The notes under the pieces were generated by a model. That model saw only the letters and a program-made list of their open reading frames with translations, had not been told where the DNA came from and searched no databases. Shown here in pieces: positions 7,742 to 15,017 of a stretch of 55,564 bases of DNA; the stretch's first letter is position 1; the number at the start of each line of letters is the position of its first letter. The translations under genes were made by a program, and so were the position numbers. Origin of the DNA: a virus (Duplodnaviria; Caudoviricetes). Location of the stretch: positions 1 through 55,564 of the IMG/VR virus record IMGVR_UViG_3300034251_000009. The stretch is one strand, 5' to 3'.

Positions 7742-7875
7742 TGGGGCCGATAGGGCTGTTGTGCTGGCTGTTCGGCCACAAGGACCGGCCGCACTACGCG
7801 GCGACACCCCGGCGGCGGCTGCTCGGAGTTCAGTGCGACCGCTGCCTGCGGGTCGATCGCACGGAGGAGAAGTGA
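7741..7875 (+). CDS. Microprotein 10 (44 aa, DUF1660-like LCxLFGHK..CxRC)
   Basis: TGATG overlap; LLCWLFGHK..CDRC. Confidence 0.7.
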   Translation: MGPIGLLCWLFGHKDRPHYAATPRRRLLGVQCDRCLRVDRTEEK

Positions 7876-8036
7876 TGGGACGCAAGGAAGACGTCAAGGC
7901 GTTCAAGGACGCCAAGGCCAAGCAGGACGCGTACGTCGAGGGTCTGCCGAAGGGCAGCCCGGAGACCGCGAAGTACCTGGAGCTGAACCGCAAGACCAGC
8001 GCGGCGCTGGAGAAGCTGCCCTGGTACCGCCGGTGA
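7875..8036 (+). CDS. Microprotein 11 (53 aa)
   Basis: TGATG overlap, RBS GGAGG; MGRKEDVKAFKDAKAKQDAY..LPWYRR. Confidence 0.75.
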   Translation: MGRKEDVKAFKDAKAKQDAYVEGLPKGSPETAKYLELNRKTSAALEKLPWYRR

Positions 8037-8051
8037 TCCGGTAACACCGGC

Positions 8052-8084
8052 GGGCGCGACCGAGATAGCAGCTCGGTCGCGCCC
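8052..8084 (+). promoter_or_regulatory. 13-bp perfect hairpin upstream of the TraB-like gene
   Basis: GGGCGCGACCGAG-ATAGCAG-CTCGGTCGCGCCC. Confidence 0.65.
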
Positions 8085-8114
8085 CTTCCCCTTGCACACA
8101 GAGGAGCACCCAGC

Positions 8115-9854
8115 ATGGCAGAGCAGAAGGACGAGCACAGCCTCGGTGAAGTGTTGTGGCGTTACGTCGCAGGGCGCCCCCTGGATGGCCGCGACGGATA
8201 CCCGTACCTGCGCGCGGGGGCCGGCCTCGTGGCAGGCTGGCAGCGGCAGGCGTGGCGTCTTGTCGTCCCGACGGCGGGTGTTGCGACTGCCATGGACCCT
8301 GACTTCCAGCACGTCACCGGCGTTGGCGGTCTCGCTCTGCTCGCGGCGGTTAGGGGCCGCCAGCAGGTCGTCCGGCGGCGGTTCCACCGTGAGTACATCG
8401 CCCCGACGTTGGCTGCGATACAGCCGCCGCTGGGGATGCAGGGCGATGGCGTGACCCTGTACGTGGATGCGTCCCTGGGCAACCTGACCCCTCGGCTGGC
8501 CAAGCCGTTGTCGCCGGCGGAGGAGCGTCTGCGCGTCCTCTACGGCGAGCGGATCGAGCCGGTCGTGCGGTGGTTGCCGGAGCAGATACAGCGTGGTCTG
8601 TGGGCGGTGCAGCGTGCGGCACGGCCGGCGACATCGCGCATGGAGGTGTTCCGGCGTCCGGGTGAGCAGTTGGGTCCGCGTATCGAGCTGGTCGCGCGGA
8701 CGCCGTATCTGACCAGTGAGCAGCGGCTGCTCGTGTCGTCGATCATCAACAGCAAGATTCCGGTGTCTGACCTGGTGGAGTCGTGGCATCAGGTCGGCCC
8801 GAAGGTGACCGCCCGGTGGGTCGTGCGTAAGCGGCCGCCGTCGACCGTCGGGTACGACCTGGTTCTGGAGCACATGGCCCATCTGAAGGAGTGGGAGTTC
8901 TACATCGGCCAAGGTGCCGGGAACCGGCCGGTGGTCATCTCGCTGAAGGACGACTCTCCGCACATCGCCGTCAGCGCAGGTACCGGCGCCGGGAAGAGCG
9001 TGCTGGCCATGCTCATCGCGGTGCAGATCCTGGCTCGCGGTGGCGAGGTGCTGATCCTGGACCGCAAGGGCTCTCATCGATGGGCACTCGGCATGGAGGG
9101 CGTGGACTACTGCACGAAGGCCCACCAGATGCACGAGGCGCTGATCAAGTCGGCCGCGGAGGCAGATCAGCGCAACGACGATGCCCTGCACGAGGAGGAG
9201 GACTGGGATCCGGGCAAGCGCAAGCTGGTGATCTGCGAGGAGCTGAACGCGACGATCGGTCAGCTGAACAACTACTGGGCGGAGATCCGGGAGAAGAGCG
9301 ACCCGAAGAAGTCGCCGGCGGTGTCGGCCCTGGCTGATCTGCTGTTCATGGGTCGTTCGGCGAAGTACAACGTTCTGGCGATCGCTCAGATGCTGACGGC
9401 CCGGGCGATCGGCGGGCCGGAGGCGCGGGAGAACTTCGGGGTGCGGTGTCTGGCCCGGTACACCTCGAACAACTGGAAGATGCTGGTGCCGGAGGCTGCG
9501 ATGCCCCGGTCGTCACGGACGCTGGGCCGGTGGCAGGTAGTAATCGGTGGGCAGGCTACTGAAGTTCAGGTGGCCTTCCTGACGAACGCGCAGGCTCGCG
9601 CCCTCGGAAATCCGCGAAAAGACCCTGATAGCGCCCTGGGCAGCAATGTCCCTGGGGACGGGGACATGATGACCTTGCGGGACGCGATCGATGCCGGTGT
9701 TTTGCCCTGGTCGTACGAGGCGGCCAAGAAGCGGCTGCAGCGCGATGTCGGTAACCCACCGTCATCGCGCGGGAAGCGGGCCAACGCGGATCTGTACGCG
9801 CGCGCCGACCTGGCGGCGTGGGTGGTCCGGTCCCGGCAGGAGGTTCCGTCGTGA
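8115..9854 (+). CDS. traB: TraB-like FtsK/SpoIIIE-family conjugative DNA translocase
   Basis: N-terminal hydrophobic segment; Walker A AGTGAGKS, Walker B LVICEE, MGRS..AIAQ motif, ARENF; C-terminal wHTH-like domain; Spd-like neighbours. Confidence 0.8.
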   Translation: MAEQKDEHSLGEVLWRYVAGRPLDGRDGYPYLRAGAGLVAGWQRQAWRLVVPTAGVATAMDPDFQHVTGVGGLALLAAVRGRQQVVRRRFHREYIAPTLAAIQPPLGMQGDGVTLYVDASLGNLTPRLAKPLSPAEERLRVLYGERIEPVVRWLPEQIQRGLWAVQRAARPATSRMEVFRRPGEQLGPRIELVARTPYLTSEQRLLVSSIINSKIPVSDLVESWHQVGPKVTARWVVRKRPPSTVGYDLVLEHMAHLKEWEFYIGQGAGNRPVVISLKDDSPHIAVSAGTGAGKSVLAMLIAVQILARGGEVLILDRKGSHRWALGMEGVDYCTKAHQMHEALIKSAAEADQRNDDALHEEEDWDPGKRKLVICEELNATIGQLNNYWAEIREKSDPKKSPAVSALADLLFMGRSAKYNVLAIAQMLTARAIGGPEARENFGVRCLARYTSNNWKMLVPEAAMPRSSRTLGRWQVVIGGQATEVQVAFLTNAQARALGNPRKDPDSALGSNVPGDGDMMTLRDAIDAGVLPWSYEAAKKRLQRDVGNPPSSRGKRANADLYARADLAAWVVRSRQEVPS

Positions 9855-10102
9855 GTGGCGGCGACCTGTCGGGGTTCTTGATCGGCTTCGTGTCCGGTGC
9901 GGTCGTGTTCTGGCAACTGTCGCGGGTGTCCGAGCGGTTCCGTCGGGCCCGGCGGGACCTACGCGCGGCGCGTAAGGGCATCCGGACGCTGATCGAGATG
10001 GTCATCAGCCGTGGGTGGCAGGCCGTGAAGCTGTGGCTGTTGGTCACCGCCGTCCTAGGCGTCGTTGTCGCCGCCTGGCTCGGCAGCCGATCCGGCAAGT
10101 AA
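9851..10102 (+). CDS. Two-TM membrane protein coupled to TraB
   Basis: GTGA overlap; two hydrophobic helices around a basic loop. Confidence 0.75.
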   Translation: MSGGDLSGFLIGFVSGAVVFWQLSRVSERFRRARRDLRAARKGIRTLIEMVISRGWQAVKLWLLVTAVLGVVVAAWLGSRSGK

Positions 10103-10131
10103 GAGAAGGTCGAGAAGCGCTGACCCACGAC

Positions 10132-10176
10132 AAAAGGGCCCCGCCCCACGCCGGAGAAGGCATAGGGCGGGGCTTT
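10132..10176 (-). terminator. Intrinsic terminator between converging late and transfer operons
   Basis: Minus strand GCCCCGCCCTATGCC-TTCTCC-GGCGTGGGGCGGGGC then CCTTTT; T-run on the plus side too. Confidence 0.8.
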
Positions 10177-10258
10177 GATCTCTATCTCTGCTGGTCAGAT
10201 AGGCAAAGCCGCTGAGAGCGCCGCTGAGCCAAGATCTGGGCAGGCCTGGGGTGATGGG

Positions 10259-10612
10259 CTACGCCCGATCGGCGGTGAAGGCCCGCTGAGCGGCCGCCGA
10301 GGCGCCGACGGGCTTCCACAGCCCGAAGTGCACGACGGCCGCGATCGCGAAGTTGACGGCGATGCTGATGGCCACCGGTACGAGCGCGAAGTCCACCGCG
10401 GTGTTCTCGGCCTGGAGCCACGCCTCGAGGAAACTCTTGATCGCGGCGGCGGCGAGCAGCAGCACGGCCTTGACGCCGGGGCTGGTCGTCCGGGTGGTGA
10501 CGATCCCGACGAGCAGCGGGAGCAGCACGGTGACGGCGAGGCTGAGCAGGCCGCTGATGCTGGACGGGTCGAAGCCGTAGACGGGCAGAGCGGGGATGTC
10601 GGACTCGGTCAT
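10259..10612 (-). CDS. Putative holin
   Basis: 117 aa, three TM helices, LPLLVGIVT..HFGLWKP pattern of actinophage holins. Confidence 0.7.
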   Translation of the reverse strand: MTESDIPALPVYGFDPSSISGLLSLAVTVLLPLLVGIVTTRTTSPGVKAVLLLAAAAIKSFLEAWLQAENTAVDFALVPVAISIAVNFAIAAVVHFGLWKPVGASAAAQRAFTADRA

Positions 10613-10698
10613 GACGGTGCTCCGATCTTGGAATTCAAGGGGACGGCCCGAAACCTGAATTCGGAGCCGGACGGTTCAGGCCGACGTACATTCGCCGG

Positions 10699-11028
10699 AT
10701 GGACCGGATCGACCTGACGCACGAGTTCGGCGTCGACCGGCAGCGGGCCTGGCGGGACCGGCCCACCGCGGCGTCAAACCTGCAGCGGGTGGTGTTCGGC
10801 CGGCTGGCTGACGGCCGCTGGTTCGCCGATGCCGGCGACCGCGAGGGCGCGTACGTGTTCAACGCCGACGAGCGTGGCGAGCAGCTGGCGTTGCGGCTGG
10901 CGTACCGGTGGATGCGCGAGTCGGGCCGGCGGTGGTTCGCGACGCCGGCGGCGTACGACAACCGGTCGGAGCCGGTCGACGGGTTGCCCTGGGTGCGCCG
11001 CGGCGGTGAGTGGTTCCTCGAGGACTGA
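10699..11028 (+). CDS. Hypothetical moron protein (probably leaderless)
   Basis: TACATT -10 box 6 nt before ATG; antisense to late operon. Confidence 0.7.
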   Translation: MDRIDLTHEFGVDRQRAWRDRPTAASNLQRVVFGRLADGRWFADAGDREGAYVFNADERGEQLALRLAYRWMRESGRRWFATPAAYDNRSEPVDGLPWVRRGGEWFLED

Positions 11029-11068
11029 GAAGCCCGAGTCGGCGTACGAGGGGTGGAACACTGTGCGG

Positions 11069-11332
11069 ATGACCGATGCGGCCGCCAGTAGTGAACTGCC
11101 CAGCCCGATGTACGTCACCCTGCGCTGGGACCGCTACCCGACCTGGCCATCAGCAGCCATCGGGTCGATCGTCGACAACCTCGACGAGGCGACTGCAGGC
11201 GCTCAGCTGGAGACGGAGAGGGCTCAGGCCCGCGGTTCTTCCGCGCGGTTCACGGTTCACGCAGTGCAGTGGCCCCCGTTGCACGACACTGCCGAACGGC
11301 ACGCCCGAGAATTACACAGGGGTAGTTCGTGA
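11069..11332 (+). CDS. Hypothetical protein
   Basis: 87-aa ORF in the same moron block. Confidence 0.5.
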   Translation: MTDAAASSELPSPMYVTLRWDRYPTWPSAAIGSIVDNLDEATAGAQLETERAQARGSSARFTVHAVQWPPLHDTAERHARELHRGSS

Positions 11333-11365
11333 TCTTCGGCCCGGGTCGCAGGTAGCGTCGCCGGG

Positions 11366-12221
11366 GTGGAGCCCGTGGTGGAGAGCGCGCTGCAGACCCC
11401 CGGCAGACGCTGCCATCAGCCGTCTAACTTATCCTTGCGGTACCTTTCACGCTTGGCGGCTCTCATGCACTCGCGACAACGCTTGCCTTTGCTGTCGCGA
11501 TAGGTGTTTTCAGCATCGAACCTATGCCCGCGCTTACACTCCGTCTTGAATCGGGATCGCTTCCCGAACTTTTCTTCTTGCTTTTCTCTTTCGCGATCGG
11601 CGTGGCACTTTCGGCAGCTTCTAACGTATCCGCGCCGCGAGCCTGGTCGAGGCTGGCGATAGGTGTTCTCCTCATCCCACGGGTGACCCCTCCTGCAGGT
11701 TCTGGCAGGCTCCGGCAGGGCCGGTCGCTTCTCCCACCGACGTCTGCGCAGGTTCTCCTCGCGGCTCACATCCTCAAGATGCGCCGGTGATGCGCATGCA
11801 GGCTTACGGCACAGGTGATCTACCTCGCCAGCGGGCGGCCCCACGAAAATCTCGTACATCGTTCGGTGCACGAATTTGGTGGTCCCGTTGTACCAACTCC
11901 TGCCGTACCCGTGCAAATGCGGACCGGTCCATATTAGGCAAGGTCCGATCAGCGGCCGTCCGAGCACGTCGTGAGCTGTCGGTGCCGGATGAATGATAAG
12001 TCTTGCCGACAGCCGCTCAGCGGGGGATGGTCTATGTGTAGAGATACCAATAGTCTATCAGTTGAATGCGCTATACGAATTGACTTGATGACTACCTACA
12101 AAGACTCAACGCAGGCTTCCTGAACGGCACGACGGTGGTGCACGACCGGGCGGTCATCGCCGTCGTGCAGCGGGTCCTCGGCGACGCGATGGCGACCCTG
12201 GAGCCGGCCGACGCTGCCTAG
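11366..12221 (+). pseudogene. Small gene apparently split by the antisense HNH insertion
   Basis: N-part MEPVVESALQTPG (11366, after TAGCGT -10) and C-part LNGTTVVHDRAVIAVVQRVLGDAMATLEPADAA-stop (12120-12221) flank a lower-GC HNH block. Confidence 0.45.
11416..11967 (-). CDS. HNH homing endonuclease with two CxRGH..NTY..CRxC repeats
   Basis: CLIWTG..GYG..HR..DHLCRKPACASPAHLE..EN; lower GC; true start may be upstream. Confidence 0.85.
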   Translation of the reverse strand: MLGRPLIGPCLIWTGPHLHGYGRSWYNGTTKFVHRTMYEIFVGPPAGEVDHLCRKPACASPAHLEDVSREENLRRRRWEKRPALPEPARTCRRGHPWDEENTYRQPRPGSRRGYVRSCRKCHADREREKQEEKFGKRSRFKTECKRGHRFDAENTYRDSKGKRCRECMRAAKRERYRKDKLDG

Positions 12222-12460
12222 GGTGTTGAATCCGGCAGGGCCAGGCCGTCGGCCCGTTCGCGGACCAGTGCCGAGATCACGCTCGGGGGCAGCGGGAACG
12301 ACGGACCGCGGTCGATCTCATCAGCCATCATCCGCAGTGCCGCGGCGACCCCCGCTCCGACGATCTCGTCGCGGTGGACAGTGCCGAGATCTCGACCGAT
12401 CCGCGAAATGGCAACGTCTTCGATCGCCTCAGCGGCGGCCGTGATCATATCGTCGGCCAT
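12218..12460 (-). CDS. Hypothetical protein
   Basis: 80 aa, RBS GAGGGG. Confidence 0.6.
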   Translation of the reverse strand: MADDMITAAAEAIEDVAISRIGRDLGTVHRDEIVGAGVAAALRMMADEIDRGPSFPLPPSVISALVRERADGLALPDSTP

Positions 12461-12477
12461 GGAACCCCTCGATTGAT

Positions 12478-12494
12478 AGATGAACTGTTCATCT
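12478..12494. promoter_or_regulatory. Palindromic operator candidate
   Basis: AGATGAAC-T-GTTCATCT. Confidence 0.5.
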
Positions 12495-12533
12495 GGTCAC
12501 GGATTTGTGGTCGTTGACGCAGCCTGACGGTGG

Positions 12534-12656
12534 GACGCCCCGGGGCCTGTCACGAGACGCCGCGAAGAGCTCGTGAGTCCGGCACCCGCCCTGCTACCTG
12601 TGGGGGCACCTGTGGCGGGGCGGGACCGGTTGCCGGACGGCAGGCCCCGGGGCGTC
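12534..12656 (+). ncRNA. Candidate structured RNA (three-way junction)
   Basis: 16-bp closing stem plus two internal hairpins; G-U wobbles work only on the plus strand. Confidence 0.5.
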
Positions 12657-12666
12657 GTCTGTGGGA

Positions 12667-13149
12667 TCAGCAGGTCTGTGACGGTGGCGGCGGCACCGGG
12701 TTGCGCTGACGGTCCGCCTCGATGCCCGCCCGTTCCTGGCGGATCCGGTCCCGCTGCGCCTCGTTGGCGTCGAGGACCTTGGACGTTTCCGTCGACACCT
12801 TCAGCAGGTTCGCGAACTCCGCCTCCCGCCGGTCACGGTCACCGTCCGGGTTGCCGAGGCTGGCCAGCAGCCGCGCCATGGCGGCCTGATCGGCGCGGTA
12901 CCGTGCCCGGTCGGAGTCGTCGATACGCCCCTCGGCGTCGTTGAGCCGGCGGTCTTCGGCGGCCGCGTTGGCCCGGGCCGCGGTCGATACCGCGGACTGG
13001 TCGGCGTAGGCGGCCAGGCAACCGGACACCCGCGCGTAGCCGTAGGTGAGCCCACCGAGGACGAGCAGGTAGACCAGCATGCCGACGCTGATGATCCGTA
13101 CGGCTTTCGGGGTGCCGAGGGCCCCCCAGAATCCGGTCTTGTCGGGCAT
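12667..13149 (-). CDS. Membrane-anchored coiled-coil protein of the lysis cassette
   Basis: N-terminal TM, Cys after TM and C-terminal PPPPSQTC. Confidence 0.75.
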   Translation of the reverse strand: MPDKTGFWGALGTPKAVRIISVGMLVYLLVLGGLTYGYARVSGCLAAYADQSAVSTAARANAAAEDRRLNDAEGRIDDSDRARYRADQAAMARLLASLGNPDGDRDRREAEFANLLKVSTETSKVLDANEAQRDRIRQERAGIEADRQRNPVPPPPSQTC

Positions 13150-13281
13150 TCAGCGTCGCCTTCCGTGGTGTTGTCGTGTTGCCCATTCCCAGGCTTTGCG
13201 GCCGCCCCAGCCGAGGGCCGCCCAGCCGCCGACCATCAGCGCGGACAGGGCCACGTAGGTGAGCGCGTCGGTGCCGCTCAT
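13150..13281 (-). CDS. Small single-TM protein (43 aa)
   Basis: ATGA overlap; hydrophobic helix. Confidence 0.6.
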   Translation of the reverse strand: MSGTDALTYVALSALMVGGWAALGWGGRKAWEWATRQHHGRRR

Positions 13282-13556
13282 CGGCCCGCTCCCGGGGCGG
13301 TCGGCGCGACAGGAGGGTCGGGTGGGGTGTCGCCACCGGGCGCCGCGGCGACGGTCTTCCAGGGCGCGTACAGAGCGGTGTACGGGGCGAGCGGGATTCC
13401 CCAGAAGTAGAACGGCGGCAGAGATTCGAGGACCTTGGCGCCGGTGGTGAACAGCTGGATGACAGCGGCGCCGCCGTAGACGATCCAGAAGCCCATCACA
13501 CACAGCATGATCAGATCCCGGACCTGCTCGGCCCTGGTGCGAGTGGTTGGGGCCAA
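13278..13556 (-). CDS. Two-TM lysis-cassette membrane protein (holin-like)
   Basis: Directly follows the endolysin; two hydrophobic segments; start uncertain. Confidence 0.65.
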   Translation of the reverse strand: MAPTTRTRAEQVRDLIMLCVMGFWIVYGGAAVIQLFTTGAKVLESLPPFYFWGIPLAPYTALYAPWKTVAAAPGGDTPPDPPVAPTAPGAGR

Positions 13557-13558
13557 AG

Positions 13559-14350
13559 CTAGGACTGCAGCCGGGCGACGAGCTCGTCGGCGACCTGCTG
13601 GGCCAGATCGGCCGGGATCGCCGCCGCGATCGCCTGCGGGTCGAGGCCGGCCAGCACCCCGGCGACGATCGAGGCCTCGTCGGTGAAGTCCTTGCCGGTC
13701 AGGGCCTTGAGCTGGGCGAGGACCTGGTCGAGTTTGGTGCTGACCTCGGCGGCCTTGACGCTGGCGTTGTGGGCCTGGTTCCAGACGTCGGCGATGGCGA
13801 ACTTGGCCTGCACCGTCTTGTTGGTCTTCGCGTCCGCCCGCCAGGCGGGGTTGGCGATGACGTCGTCGTTCCAGTCCATGTCGTCCTCCTCGGGGAGCAG
13901 GCCCCACGGCCTGGTGTCGGCTTCCTGCGCGCTGGTGTAGCGGGCGCTGAAGTGAGCGTGGTGGTCGTGCGGGTTGGAGCCGGTGTAGGCCCGGGCGGTC
14001 CAGCCCCAGGAGCGGGACCAGATGCGCCGGTTGAAGATGACGTTCTGCAGCCGGTCGTCCTGGCCGGCACGGTGCCGCAGGACGATCCGCTGAACGGCCT
14101 TCTCCATGGAGAAGCCGGCCGGCCAGGGCCCGGAGTTGTCGACGTCGATCGCGTGGACCTCGTTGCGGCTGTCCGGGTCCTTGGCGCGCATCGCGGCTGT
14201 CGTCTCGTCGCCGATGTGATCGGAGGTGCCACCGGCCACATGCGCTGCGTCGGCGATGGACCCGTCGGAGGCCTTGTCGCGGCCGGCCGCGAGGGTGTTG
14301 AACTCGCCGCGCAGAGCCACCAGGCACGGCACCAGCACCCAGTCAGCCAT
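13559..14350 (-). CDS. Endolysin, LAS/M15-like zinc peptidase
   Basis: SDG.I.D.AH..SDH..HAIDVD..VIFNRRIWS..YTGSNPH.HHAHFS; position after tail genes. Confidence 0.8.
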   Translation of the reverse strand: MADWVLVPCLVALRGEFNTLAAGRDKASDGSIADAAHVAGGTSDHIGDETTAAMRAKDPDSRNEVHAIDVDNSGPWPAGFSMEKAVQRIVLRHRAGQDDRLQNVIFNRRIWSRSWGWTARAYTGSNPHDHHAHFSARYTSAQEADTRPWGLLPEEDDMDWNDDVIANPAWRADAKTNKTVQAKFAIADVWNQAHNASVKAAEVSTKLDQVLAQLKALTGKDFTDEASIVAGVLAGLDPQAIAAAIPADLAQQVADELVARLQS

Positions 14351-14495
14351 CGGCCCGGTCCCGGTCGTGAGCGTCCAGGGCGCGGTCGTAGTCGCCGCCG
14401 TCGCCCTCGTCGATCCCGATGTCCCAGCCGTCATCCACCGGCTCGCCAGCCAGAGCCTCCGGGTTGGATTCCTCGTCAGTACAGGGCTGTGTCAT
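14343..14495 (-). CDS. Very acidic 50-aa peptide overlapping the endolysin start
   Basis: RBS AAGGGAG; MTQPCTDEESNPEALAGEPVDDGWDIGIDEGDGGDYDRALDAHDRDRADG. Confidence 0.55.
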   Translation of the reverse strand: MTQPCTDEESNPEALAGEPVDDGWDIGIDEGDGGDYDRALDAHDRDRADG

Positions 14496-14508
14496 CACCG
14501 GGCTCCCT

Positions 14509-14994
14509 TCAAGATGCTGGCCCCAGGCGGAAGTAGCCCTGGAACCAGAAGTTGCCGTTGACCGCGGCGACGCCGGCCGGGTTCAGCGACGCCCCGCCCG
14601 CCGTGCCGGAGAACAGGAAGATGTTCGAGTAGTTGAATCCGGCGGACACGCCCGCCCGGATCGCCTGCTGCGAGTAGGTCTCGTCCGGGGTGACCTGGGC
14701 GGTGATGACCCGCAGGGCGCCGACGTTGTGCTGAAGCTCGATCCGGTCGGCGTGCTGGATCAGGCCGGTGCAGTTGGACGGGGTGTGGCCGGTGTTGTCG
14801 AGGATGTACCAGCCCGACCCGGTGTTGCGGATCGTGCAGCCGACCAGCGCGATCCGGCCCCCGTCCTCGGTCACGATGACGTCCGGCGAGGCGACGCGGG
14901 CCGCGGCGGGAGCCGCAAGCGCGACGACGGGCCGGGCGCAGCCGGCAGTGAGCGTGAGCGCTGCGACGGCGGCGGCGAGCAGACGACGGCCCAT
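14509..14994 (-). CDS. Putative lipoprotein
   Basis: MGRRLLAAAVAALTLTAG-C lipobox signal followed by beta-rich domain. Confidence 0.7.
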   Translation of the reverse strand: MGRRLLAAAVAALTLTAGCARPVVALAAPAAARVASPDVIVTEDGGRIALVGCTIRNTGSGWYILDNTGHTPSNCTGLIQHADRIELQHNVGALRVITAQVTPDETYSQQAIRAGVSAGFNYSNIFLFSGTAGGASLNPAGVAAVNGNFWFQGYFRLGPAS

Positions 14995-15017
14995 GGGCCC
15001 TCCAGGTGGGTAAGCCG

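Noticed and set aside
8115-9854. ATPase as a packaging motor or T7SS/T4SS component
   Set aside because: A canonical TerL is present; it has one ATPase domain only; no WXG100, VirB4 or relaxase genes nearby.
10648-10664. LexA/SOS box CGAA..TTCG
   Set aside because: Spacer is 7 nt rather than the 6 of CGAAC-N4-GTTCG, and the inner bases do not match.
12534-12656. tRNA or hammerhead ribozyme
   Set aside because: No cloverleaf, T-loop or CCA end, and no CUGANGA/GAAA core at the junction; kept only as an unclassified structured RNA.
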